NCBI GenBank assembly: GCA_963817385.1
Contig: CAWFOM010000003.1
Location: 67,399-131,398 of the forward strand
Source of the DNA: an uncultured delta proteobacterium
GTDB lineage: Bacteria; Desulfobacterota; Syntrophia; Syntrophales; UBA5619
Length of the DNA stretch: 64,000 nucleotides
Direction of reading: 5' to 3'
The translations under genes and the position numbers were made by a program. Shown here piece by piece: positions 47,323 through 58,768 of the stretch. The number at the start of each line of letters is the position of its first letter. Positions within the stretch are counted from its first letter, which is position 1. The notes under the pieces were generated by a model, which worked only from the letters and a program-made list of their open reading frames with translations, was not told where the DNA came from and did not search any database.

Positions 47323-47937
47323 ATTTCAATCGTTTATCTAATTCGCCATGGTGAGACGGACTGGAATCAGGACAACAGGATCCAGGGCCAGACCGACATC
47401 CCCCTGAATGCCCGGGGAAGACGGCAAGCGGAGGCGTTGGCCGACCGCCTGGCCCACATTCCGTTGGATATGATCTACACGAGCGACCTGGACCGGGCGT
47501 CCAAAACGGCGGAGCTAATCGCTCGGCGGCAGCACCGGGAGGTTCCGGTTATGATGATGCCGGAACTCCGTGAATGCGACTACGGTCTGTGGGAGGGGCT
47601 GACCCGGCCGGAGGCGGCAGGTCGGTTCCCGGGGGATTGGACCAACTGGGAAGAGGGGCAGGGGATCGAGCATCCCACGGGCGGGGAAGATTTTCTTTCG
47701 CTGGCACGGCGTGCGGGCCGTGTCTTTGATGCGGCGGTGCGGGAGGGAAAAACGGTTTTGATCTCCGCCCATCGCGGTCCGCTCCGGGCGATCCTCTGTC
47801 ATGCCCTGGGCATCGGGCCGAGCTTCCGGGACCGCTTCTTCGTGGCGAACTGCTCACTCTCCGCGCTGGAATGCCGGCTGGAGCATCAGCCGCGCCTTAT
47901 GATCCTGAACGATACCTGCCATCTGCACGGCGTGTAG
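47323..47937 (+). CDS. Histidine phosphatase family protein
   Basis: YLIRHGETDWN upstream of and in frame with ORF 47437; YTSDLDRA; LNDTCHL. Confidence 0.88.
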   Translation: MSIVYLIRHGETDWNQDNRIQGQTDIPLNARGRRQAEALADRLAHIPLDMIYTSDLDRASKTAELIARRQHREVPVMMMPELRECDYGLWEGLTRPEAAGRFPGDWTNWEEGQGIEHPTGGEDFLSLARRAGRVFDAAVREGKTVLISAHRGPLRAILCHALGIGPSFRDRFFVANCSLSALECRLEHQPRLMILNDTCHLHGV

Positions 47938-48087
47938 CGCTCGTCTTGGGCGTCCTGTCGAAAGGGCGACAGGACAACGGAGCTCCTGCCCACGGTGAGG
48001 GCGCCAACCTTTCCCCCGATCAGCGATCCGGGACCGCGTTTTCCTTCCGGAGGCTCCAAGCGGAGATGCTTTAGCGGGGAAGAAAGG

Positions 48088-48432
48088 CTAAGCCTGCTGA
48101 GCCTCGGCCTCTTCCGTCTTTTTCTTTTTCTTCTTGGGTTTGGCCTCGGGTGGCGGCTCCTCCGCCTTCTTCGCCTTGGGGGCCTCTTCCTTCGGCTTTG
48201 CCAGGCGTTCCGCCTTGATAGCGGCGAGCTCCGCCGTCCGCTTCTCATTGGCGTCGATCGCCCGCAGACGGACCTGCGATTCCTTGATCTTCGCCTTCAT
48301 CTCCTTGATGCCCACGTCCCGCGCGATCTTTTTCTCGTCAAACCCCTTTGCTCCAAGAAGCGCCAGGCGCTTCTGCAACTTCACTTCCCATTCGGCCTTC
48401 TGTTTCAGCCGCGTCTCCCTGCTCGGTGCCAT
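48088..48432 (-). CDS. Lys/Glu-rich hypothetical protein
   Basis: AGGAG RBS before ATG 48432; coiled-coil composition. Confidence 0.65.
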   Translation of the reverse strand: MAPSRETRLKQKAEWEVKLQKRLALLGAKGFDEKKIARDVGIKEMKAKIKESQVRLRAIDANEKRTAELAAIKAERLAKPKEEAPKAKKAEEPPPEAKPKKKKKKTEEAEAQQA

Positions 48433-48532
48433 TGGTTTCTCCTTTTTTTCGTAGGGTAACTTCACCGTTTCCCGGTCGTCGTGTCCGGAGACGGAGCTGT
48501 CCGTGTATCAGAATTTTTGACGAAAATCCAGT

Positions 48533-50357
<1,825 letters not shown>

Positions 50358-50534
50358 AATTTGCGTCCTTACGATTGGGTGAAATAATAGTTCAATTAAC
50401 ATAGCGATCTTCCGGAAGATTGTCAAGGCGGTTGGTGACAAATGCGACCTTCGGACGGGTATCGGCGGTTCAGGTTGACATCAGCGGGGTGATTTAGTAT
50501 TCATGACGGCAACGCTCTTCTGGAGTTTGCACCC

Positions 50535-50846
50535 ATGTCACAAAACGCCAAAACCTGGCTCATGGTGGTGCTCCTCATTGTCGCCTTCATCCTCGCCAAC
50601 ATCATCGCCGGGCGGCGGATGAAGAAGGCCGCCGATTTCATCATCCGGGACCTGAAGGAGAAAAAAGCCTTCGATCCGGCCTCCGCGGTGGTGCTTCCCT
50701 ACAGCAAAGGCACGGCGTTTCGCATCGGTTTGAAGGATTACCGCCCCGGGGCCCTGCAACAGCTCGTGAAGTACGATGTGATACGGCTGCTGGAGGGGGA
50801 CAGATATTACCTGCGGGACAGCCAGCAAGAGATCTTCAATCCTTGA
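50535..50846 (+). CDS. Hypothetical protein with N-terminal TM helix
   Basis: 103-aa ORF with GGAG RBS and host-like codons. Confidence 0.65.
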   Translation: MSQNAKTWLMVVLLIVAFILANIIAGRRMKKAADFIIRDLKEKKAFDPASAVVLPYSKGTAFRIGLKDYRPGALQQLVKYDVIRLLEGDRYYLRDSQQEIFNP

Positions 50847-50931
50847 TTTTCTTTGATGTCCGGGGTATGGTTTCGCCCCGTCCCGGCCAGGCGGACGGGC
50901 GGCCGTGTGATGAGCAGCTTCGGAGGGAGAC

Positions 50932-52081
50932 GTGGATTTCAACCCCTGCATGAAACATAAGGTTGTCCGCAAGGCGGTGCGGATGTTCGCCGAGGCCGAG
51001 CTGGCTCCGATCGCCCACGACATCGACCGGGACGCCCGCTTTCCGTGGGAGGTCGTCGAGAAGATGCGGCCCCTGCAGTTTTTCGGCCTCCAGGCGCCGA
51101 AGGCGTACGGCGGCGCGGAGCTGGACTCGATCAGCTACGCGATCACCATCGAGGAGATCTCCCGGGTAAGCGCGGCGGTCGGTCTCTGCCTCACCGTCCA
51201 CAACAGCGTGGGGATCTACCCCATCGAGCGGTTCGGCACCGAGGAGCAGAAACGCCGCTTCCTGCCGGCCATGACCCGGGGCGAGCGGATCGGCGCCTTC
51301 TGTCTGACCGAGGCCAATGCCGGTTCCGACGCGGGCGGCGTGGAGACGATTGCCGTCCGGACCGGCGGCGACTATGTGATCAACGGCACGAAGATCTTCG
51401 TAACCAACGGCGGCGTCTGCGGGACGTCGCTCATCTTCGCGGTAACCGATCCCCAGAACCCCCAGCGGAGCGCCGGAGTCTTCATCGTGGAGCGGGACAC
51501 CCCCGGATTCACCGTCGGGGAGATCGAGGACCTCTGCGGGATGCGGGCAAACCCCGTCTCCTCCCTCTTTCTGGAGGAGTGCCGTGTGCCGGAGACGAAC
51601 CTGCTCGGCCGTCCCGGCGACGGACTCAGGATCGGCCTCGTGACCCTCGATACGGGCCGCCTCGGCATCGCCGCCCAGGCCCTGGGGCTTGCCCAGGCCG
51701 CCTTCGAGGATGCGGTCCGCTACTCCAAGGAGCGGCAGCAGTTCAAAAAACCGATCTCCTCCTTCCAGACGATCCAGAATTACCTCGCCGATATGGCGAC
51801 CGAGATCGATGCGGCGCGGCTCCTCCTCTACCGGGCCTGCGCGGTGAAAGATTCGGGGAGGCCCTTCGGCGCGGAGGCCGCGATGGCCAAGCTCTCCTGC
51901 AGCGCGACGGCGATGCGGGTGACGAACCTGGCCGTCCAGATCCACGGCGGGTACGGCTACAGCAAGGAATACGACGTGGAGACGATACTTCCGGGACGCC
52001 AAGGTCACGGAAATTTATGAGGGGACGAGTGAAGTCCAGCGCATGGTCATCGCGCGCGCGGTGCTCGCCCAGAGGACGTAA
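50932..52081 (+). CDS. Acyl-CoA dehydrogenase, frameshift ~51985
   Basis: [55 protein letters not shown] in next frame. Confidence 0.93.
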
Positions 52082-52086
52082 AGCCG

Positions 52087-52918
52087 ATGGTGAAGATGGT
52101 CGTTTGCATCAAGCAGGTGCCGATGGTCTCCGAACTCCCCTGGGACCAGGCGACGGGGACCCTCCAGCGGGACCTGGCCGAGGGGATGATGAACCCCGCC
52201 TGCCGCGCGGCCCTGGAGGCGGCGCTCAGGATCCGGGAAGCCGAAGGGGGCCGAGATCGCCGCAATCACGATGGGACCGCCGATGGCCGAGGAGGTCCTC
52301 CGGGAGGCGATCGCCCTCGGCGCGGACCGCGGGATCCTGCTCACCGACCGGCGGATGGCCGGCGCCGACACCTCGGTCACCTCCTACACCCTGGCCCGCG
52401 CGATCGAGAAGACGTGCGCGGGGTTCGATCTCGTCCTGTGCGGCTTCTCCACGAGCGACAGCGAGACCGCCCAGGTCGGCCCCCAGCTTGCCGAGGAGCT
52501 CGATGTCCCCGGGGTGGGCTATGTCGATGAGATCGCCGTCTCCGGGCGCACGGTCCGGATGCAGCGGCTCTCCGATAATTTCCTCGAAACCCTGGAGATG
52601 TCGCTTCCCGGCCTGATCACCGTGACGACCGAAGGCACCCTCCCCCGCTATGTGTCCCTGGGCGGTCTCCAGGAGGCGTTCTCCCAGGCCCGGATCGAGA
52701 CCTTCGATGCGGAGGCGCTCGGCCTTGACCCGGCACGGATCGGGATGCAGGCCTCCGCCACGAAGATCTTGAGCGTCGCCTCGCCGACGGCGGGGAAGAA
52801 GAACATCGTCCTGACCGGGACGCCCAAGCGGATCGTGGAGCAGCTCATCGAGCGGTTCGACGACAAGATCGGCGGCGCCATCGGCAAGGATCTCAAGGCG
52901 GATAAAAAGAAATCATGA
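52087..52918 (+). CDS. etfB: Electron transfer flavoprotein beta, frameshift ~52250
   Basis: VVCIKQVP; TMGPP; GADT; DSETAQVGP. Confidence 0.92.
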
Positions 52919-53956
52919 CGACAAAAAAACGAGCCATTTGGGTTTTCGGGGACTACCGGAACTATTTTCAGAACCGCGTGACCCTCCAGCTCCTCTCCCG
53001 GGCGCGCGATCTGGCGAAGAAGATCGACGGAGAGGTGTGCGCCGTCGCCTTCGGCTACTGGACGGACGAGTGGGTGGACGATGCACTCTCCCAGAACCCC
53101 ACCTTTTGCGGGGTTGTGGGAGAGTACATCGCCCACGGCGCCGATAAGGTCTACCTGACCGACCATCCGCGACTGACTGCTTACAGCATGGAGACCTACA
53201 CGGTCCTCATGGAACGCCTGGCGCGGCGGGAGCAGCCCGAGATCATCCTTGTCGGCGCCACCACCTTCGGGCGGGAGTTCGCCCCCCGGGTGGCCAAGCG
53301 CCTCGGGACCGGCCTCACCGCCGACTGCATCGGACTCGACATCAACGCGGAGGGGCTCCTCGTCCAGACCGCCCCCTCCTTCGGCGGCAACCTCGTTGCC
53401 GAGATCGTCACGCCGGAACGCCGCCCCCAGATGGCGACCGTCCGCCCCGGGATCTTCCAGGAGATTCCCCATGACTACCTCCGGACCGGCAAGGTGGTCA
53501 AGGTTCCCCTGCCGAAGGACCTTCCGGCCGACCGGGTGCAGCTGATCCAGGTGGAACACCGCCTCCCCGCGCGGCCGGAAGATCGAGGATGCCAAGGTCG
53601 TCGTCTGCGGCGGCCGGGGTATGGGGAGCAAGAAAAAATTCGCGAAACTCTTCGAACTGGCGGAGCTGCTGGAAGGCGAGGTGGGGGCGACGCGCCCCGT
53701 GGTCTATGCCGACTGGGCCAGTCACGACGCGCTGGTCGGCCAGGCGGGAAAGCATATCAAGCCGCAGATCCTCTTTTCGTTCGGGATCAGCGGCGCGATC
53801 CAGCACACCGCGGCCTGCAACGATGCGAAGTTCATCATTGCCGTGAACAAAAACCCGAACGCCGCCATGATGAAGCTGGCCGACGTCGCGATCGTCGCCG
53901 ACGCAAGCCAGTTCTGCACCGCCCTCATTCAGGAGCTGAAGCGCTGCATCCGCTGA
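52915..53956 (+). CDS. etfA: Electron transfer flavoprotein alpha, frameshift ~53570
   Basis: TGLTADC; PQMATVRPG; GGRGMG; VGQAGK; GISGAIQH. Confidence 0.92.
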
Positions 53957-53957
53957 C

Positions 53958-54030
53958 GGGCTGGTGAAAAACGTCCGTCTGCTCAAGTTCCCTCATCCTT
54001 CGTCGTTGCGGCGTACCAGCAAGTACGCCT
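53958..54030. repeat. Truncated MITE/REP-like element
   Basis: Starts GGCTGGTGAAAAA (IS-end-like); internal hairpin GGCGTAC-cagcaa-GTACGCC; sits at the edge of a low-GC block. Confidence 0.4.
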
Positions 54031-54469
54031 CGCGCTTCACGATTGGTCGCCGACAAAAATATTCGGCGACGAAAAATAGCGTAATCGGCGACAACCTCTT
54101 CGAGTCAGATCGTTGGTTCCTCTCGACTGCTTCCTGAAAGCGTTAGGCGACATAATTTCATTTGTGTAGTAGATTTCAAAGAAAATGGTGATAGTCAAGC
54201 AGCAAATATGAAAGGCAGTTAAATAAGTTCCATCCCGTATAACCATGCTGGAGGGAAATATGGACTGGCTGATACATACCCCGTTTTCTATAAAAGAGCG
54301 GGGTTTTTATTACAGGTCAACAGATCATGGAGGGTTTTATACCGATCCGTATAACCAATGTTCGGCACCATTAGACGAGGAAGACAACGATGACGATCAA
54401 TATCGATAACCAATACCGTCTCTGCGCAGAAATTGATATTATCAGACTCATTACTGGAGGATATGAAAT

Positions 54470-54760
54470 ATGCGGGACCAAGAAGAGCGAATAAGGGGCA
54501 AAGAGTTAGCAAGCATGATGAGAGAGAAAGACCTGATACACAAGGGAGGTAAAGTCCATATTGTATTCGACGGGACAATATGCAGACCAAAAACCATTTC
54601 GGGTAACCCTGACAGAGGCGACATAATATGGACAAGGATACCAATGAAACTTGACTATGACTATGCTGATTATAGAAAACAAATAAGAGATCGTCATTTA
54701 AAGATTTGCCTTTTTTGCCAGAATAAATTGGAAAAAGCTGGATATCGACAAAAGGGTTGA
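54470..54760 (+). CDS. Hypothetical protein (low GC)
   Basis: 96-aa ORF near GGAGG; AT-rich foreign block. Confidence 0.4.
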   Translation: MRDQEERIRGKELASMMREKDLIHKGGKVHIVFDGTICRPKTISGNPDRGDIIWTRIPMKLDYDYADYRKQIRDRHLKICLFCQNKLEKAGYRQKG

Positions 54761-54802
54761 TAAAGGCGATGACCGGGAAAATCCACGGGAAGGAGGGAGA
54801 AG

Positions 54803-55414
54803 ATGATTAGAGAGGTAGTATCTGCTTCGGTGTTTGTCCTGGGTTTGAGTGTGGCGTTGATTGTGGGGTGTGAGGAAGCGAGCAAAGGTGTGTCCAAAAA
54901 TAATGCGCCACCGAAGGAGGCCATAACTGCTGCTGTGGCGAAGGATTTTGTGTTCAGGGGCCTCAAATTCGGGTACCCATTGGACCAGCAGGACACGAGC
55001 CTGGAGTTCACAGATACTAAATTTATTGACGGTTTTTATGAAGTGAGGGGGCTGAAGTTTTTGGGGCCAGGATATTTTAGGCTCAATGATTGGGTCTGGC
55101 TGGATCCTGATAGGAACGTGGGGGGCTTCCTTATGCATTTCGACAGGGAAAAAGCTGATGATCTGGAAGCGATGCTCACTGAGAAATATGGGAAACCAGC
55201 GAGTACCACAAAGAGCACCATGCAGAATAGTTTTGGGGCGGTATTTGATACCTACGAGACGACGTGGCAGGTGAAAAATGTCATTATTGAACTGAAAAGT
55301 CTTGTAAAGACTGATATCAGGTCTGGTTCCCTGTCAGTGGCCACGCAGAAAATGCGGGAGGCATGGGCGAAGAAGGCGACGGAAGAGAAAAAGGACAGAA
55401 TGGGAAATTTATAA
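54803..55414 (+). CDS. Hypothetical lipoprotein (low GC)
   Basis: Lipobox-like LIVGC; FRGLKFG; LTEKYGKP. Confidence 0.65.
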   Translation: MIREVVSASVFVLGLSVALIVGCEEASKGVSKNNAPPKEAITAAVAKDFVFRGLKFGYPLDQQDTSLEFTDTKFIDGFYEVRGLKFLGPGYFRLNDWVWLDPDRNVGGFLMHFDREKADDLEAMLTEKYGKPASTTKSTMQNSFGAVFDTYETTWQVKNVIIELKSLVKTDIRSGSLSVATQKMREAWAKKATEEKKDRMGNL

Positions 55415-55465
55415 ATGAGGAGACAAAACCAAGATCGGGATGAGATCGTTTAACCAGGGTCATCC

Positions 55466-55500
55466 TGGAGACCAGCCACGGACTCGAACCACGAACCTGA
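55466..55500 (-). other. Degenerate tRNA 3'-end fragment (att-like scar)
   Basis: Minus strand reads cgtgg-TTCGAGT-ccgtg T-arm, then gctggtc-t-CCA; no 5' half. Confidence 0.5.
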
Positions 55501-55627
55501 TATGTTTAACAAAAAACATTCCCTAACCATTAGTTAAATCGTTGTCATTGATAAGTAGGTGAAACCAATACCAAGAAGAACCTATGCAGTGGGTCTAAAA
55601 ACATCAATAAAGTTGTTGCTTGTTTCG

Positions 55628-56182
55628 TTACAGCCCCATCCGGTCGGCCACCCCCCGCATCGCCCCGAGAGAGATCTCCACGAATTCGTCCAGCGAAAGC
55701 CCGAGCTGTTCGCACTCCCGGATCGTCTCGCGGTTCACCGAGGCCGCGAAGGCCTTCTCCTTCATCCGCTTCGTGATCGACTTCACCTTGACGCTTGCGA
55801 TTTTTTTGTCCGGATAGACCAGCGTTGTCGCCACGATAAAGCCGGTGATCGTCTCTCCGGCGGCGAGCGCATGCTGGAACTCCGTGGACCGTTTAGTGCC
55901 GCAGACGGCTTCGTTGTGCATCTTTACGGCGTCCACGATCTCCGGATCGATCCCCTTCTCCGCGAGGATCCGCTCGGCCTCGATCCCGTGGCGGGCAAGG
56001 TCGCCGCCGACCACTTCGATGTCGATATCGTGGAGGAGCCCCGCGAGCCCCCACTTTTCTTCATCGCGGCCGAGTCTCCGCGCCAGCGCCCGGAGGACCG
56101 CCTCCGAGGCGTAGCTGTGGTCCAGCATCCGTTCGTTCTTCACGTGCGCTTTGAGCAGGCCTTCCGCTTCGTCTCTTGTCAT
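55628..56182 (-). CDS. HD (HDIG) domain protein
   Basis: HSYASEA; WGLAGLLHDID; FAASVNRE. Confidence 0.88.
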   Translation of the reverse strand: MTRDEAEGLLKAHVKNERMLDHSYASEAVLRALARRLGRDEEKWGLAGLLHDIDIEVVGGDLARHGIEAERILAEKGIDPEIVDAVKMHNEAVCGTKRSTEFQHALAAGETITGFIVATTLVYPDKKIASVKVKSITKRMKEKAFAASVNRETIRECEQLGLSLDEFVEISLGAMRGVADRMGL

Positions 56183-56543
56183 CGCAATTCCTCCATTACC
56201 CCCGAACGGGGGTGGTGAGTATGTTTTCCGGAATAATACATCTTTTACTTGAAAACGCAACGCAGATCGGGCTGAATTACACTCCTGTGGCTTTAGACAA
56301 TACCGATGAGAAAGGTAGGGCAAGGTGGAGTAGCCGGTGTCCGAGGGCCAAACTCAACCATTGTGATCATAGCCTTCTTTTCAGAAAAAAAGTTGACTTT
56401 CACCCTTCTTTTGATAATTTGCACACTACCTATAAAAATAAATGTTGTCGCTGTGCTGCGAGAAGTGTCGTTGCAGTGAAACCGAGAGATCACTTTTTCG
56501 GCCTTTGTCGGTGTCTCGTTAGGTAACAGTGGAGACTTCTTCA

Positions 56544-57455
56544 ATGGCTAATCCTGTCAAAAAAGTATTCTTAGACGAACTATCAAGACGATTCGGTAGA
56601 CCGAAACAATTGCCGGGTAGTTTGTCTTTGTTCGAGATTGGTGACGGTTTGATCCGTATATACATCAGATATTCGAAAGTGCACCCGGGGAAACGATCGT
56701 TCTATGGGTTGAGAAGAGAGGACTTGAAGCAGCTTGAGGGGTTCAACTCGGTTATTTGTTTTCTATGGGATGGTCAGGCAGAACCTGTCTTTGTTCCTTT
56801 TTCGGATTTCGAAGACCTCTTCAGTTCTTTGACGCCCGCCTCAGATGGTCAGTTTAAGTGTCAGATTTATCACGATGATGGATTGGAACTTTATATTGCG
56901 AATGCTGGCCGTTTCTCAATAGAAGGCTTCTATGGTTGGGGGAAGATAGACGGTTTAATAGAGACGAACAAGATAACGATTATGCCGGATTTTAGCCATT
57001 CCCAGATTCAAACGTTCATAGGAGCGATTGGAATGATAAAGGGCTATGATATTTGGATACCCCTGAACGATAGGAGTAAGCTAGACTGGACCTTAACCGA
57101 CAAGTTTCCGGTTAGGGACGAGCTCCCGTCAAGATACAGCTCGATTAATGATGTTGTTAGAGAGGTAGATGTCCTGTGGTTACAGAGGGGGGCAAGTGAG
57201 ATGTCGGCGATGTTCGAAATCGAGCATTCTACTCAGGTTTACTCGGGTCTACTTAGGTTTAACGATCTGCATCTGGTGGAACCTAACCTGAAGCTGAAAT
57301 TCAGTATTGTCGCGAACGGGGTACGGCGTGCTCTTTTTCTTCGACAGATCAACAGACCGACTTTCAAGGTCAGCGGTTTAGCCGACGTCTGCAATTTCCT
57401 GGAATATCGGGATGTGTATAGCTGGTTTGACCGAACAAAAGAGAATAGAGCATGA
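56544..57455 (+). CDS. Putative restriction-endonuclease-like (PD-(D/E)XK-like) protein
   Basis: HSQIQ...GYDIWIP and VDVLWL...FEIEHST...SGLLRFNDL acidic motif spacing; lower GC. Confidence 0.55.
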   Translation: MANPVKKVFLDELSRRFGRPKQLPGSLSLFEIGDGLIRIYIRYSKVHPGKRSFYGLRREDLKQLEGFNSVICFLWDGQAEPVFVPFSDFEDLFSSLTPASDGQFKCQIYHDDGLELYIANAGRFSIEGFYGWGKIDGLIETNKITIMPDFSHSQIQTFIGAIGMIKGYDIWIPLNDRSKLDWTLTDKFPVRDELPSRYSSINDVVREVDVLWLQRGASEMSAMFEIEHSTQVYSGLLRFNDLHLVEPNLKLKFSIVANGVRRALFLRQINRPTFKVSGLADVCNFLEYRDVYSWFDRTKENRA

Positions 57456-57641
57456 GAGCAAGGAGTTTGAGCCTTGTTAATTGAGGATTCATTGAGGAGC
57501 CCGGGATATACCGCGCCTAGTGGAGCCGAAAAGAAAAAGTAAAAGCGTTGATGGCATTGCAGGGCCGGCCGTGTTTCATCCGTTGATCTGGCGCGCATGA
57601 CCCAGGCGATCTCGTCAAATCCGGGTTGTCGCGAACATAGC

Positions 57642-57908
57642 TCAACCAGGTTCGCTTTGGTGGTCATGCTCACCCTCCTTATTCAGCCTGTCGAGCATGT
57701 CGAGAAATTTCCGGGCCTCGTCGGAGAGGTCCTCATTCGGATAGCCGATGAACGCTTCGACTGATGTTCCATCGTTCTGCGGAACCTCCGTTAGATCTTC
57801 CTCTTCTGCGTCTTCGGTGTCATAGTCGACGATCGTTATGTCGACCTCTTCGTCCGCGAGAATATTTTGGATGATCCCGCCGTCCATGATGATCGCAATC
57901 CGATTCAT
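57642..57908 (-). CDS. Acidic phage-like hypothetical protein
   Basis: MNRIAIIMDGGIIQNI...IVDYD; GGAGG RBS; overlaps neighbouring ORFs. Confidence 0.5.
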   Translation of the reverse strand: MNRIAIIMDGGIIQNILADEEVDITIVDYDTEDAEEEDLTEVPQNDGTSVEAFIGYPNEDLSDEARKFLDMLDRLNKEGEHDHQSEPG

Positions 57909-58150
57909 GATGCCCTTCGCCTCCAATAGTTCTTGTACCTTTCCGGCGCTTTCGATAAGTTGAAGATCGTTTGCAGTGAGGGGCTCTTCTGCCCCCATTC
58001 GAGGAGGCTAATGTAGGTGCGGTGATAACCGCTTTCGAACCCGAGAGCCTCTTGCGATAATCCTCGATCCTGACGAAGGCAGCGCAATACACAGCCAAAA
58101 GCCTTCTCCAGGGAAAGCGCTTCTCCGTCTGGTGCTTTGATTACTTTCAT
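57905..58150 (-). CDS. XRE HTH controller (C-protein-like)
   Basis: FGCVLRCLRQDRGLSQEALGFESGYHRTYISLLEWGQKSPSL; C-boxes upstream. Confidence 0.8.
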   Translation of the reverse strand: MKVIKAPDGEALSLEKAFGCVLRCLRQDRGLSQEALGFESGYHRTYISLLEWGQKSPSLQTIFNLSKAPERYKNYWRRRAS

Positions 58151-58162
58151 GGATTCATTGTG

Positions 58163-58197
58163 ATTATATGAAGACTATAAATCTACAGACTATAGTA
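58163..58197 (-). promoter_or_regulatory. Tandem C-box operator plus -10 element
   Basis: Minus strand TACTATAGTC-TGTA-GATTTATAGTC-ttca-TATAAT. Confidence 0.75.
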
Positions 58198-58330
58198 TTC
58201 TTTCGCGCTGTTTCATAAAATTGTTAGAGCCGTCATTGATTTACTGGATGGTTTTCCCTATACTGCGCCTACACACGGACTTGCAGTATGGGGTTTAATA
58301 TGGGTTAACCTTTCAATAATGGAGGCCCGG

Positions 58331-58768
58331 ATGATCGATATCGTGATCCTGACTGCAGCGGCGCGTACTGCTCGGGGGGGCTCTCTACTCCGAGAAACGG
58401 GAGTCCACGCGGGGCGCATTCTGACCAAGCCTTTCCTTTCCGCGCTCTTTGTCGCGGTCGCCCTGACCGGGCCACAGACGGAGACGGGCTATTTCGGACT
58501 GGTGCTGGCGGGGCTGGTATTCTGCATGGCAGGCGACGTATTCTCCATTTTTTTCGCCTCACCGAAGCTTTTTCTGGCCAGGCTCGTATCGTTTTTAACC
58601 GGGCACATCCTGTATGCCGCCGCTTTTTTTCTGGCGTCGCGACCGGGGATGCTGACCTGGATCGCAGGCGCGTGCGCCCTCGGCGGGCAAGTGTCGCCAT
58701 TTTTGCCTGTGGCTCCGGCCCCATCTGGGCAGGATGCTCTTCCCGGTCGTTGCGTATGTATCATCAGT
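58331..58768 (+). pseudogene. YhhN/lysoplasmalogenase-like membrane protein, 3'-truncated
   Basis: LTKP; AGLVFCMAGDVF; SFLTGHILY; breaks off after PVVAYV. Confidence 0.7.
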
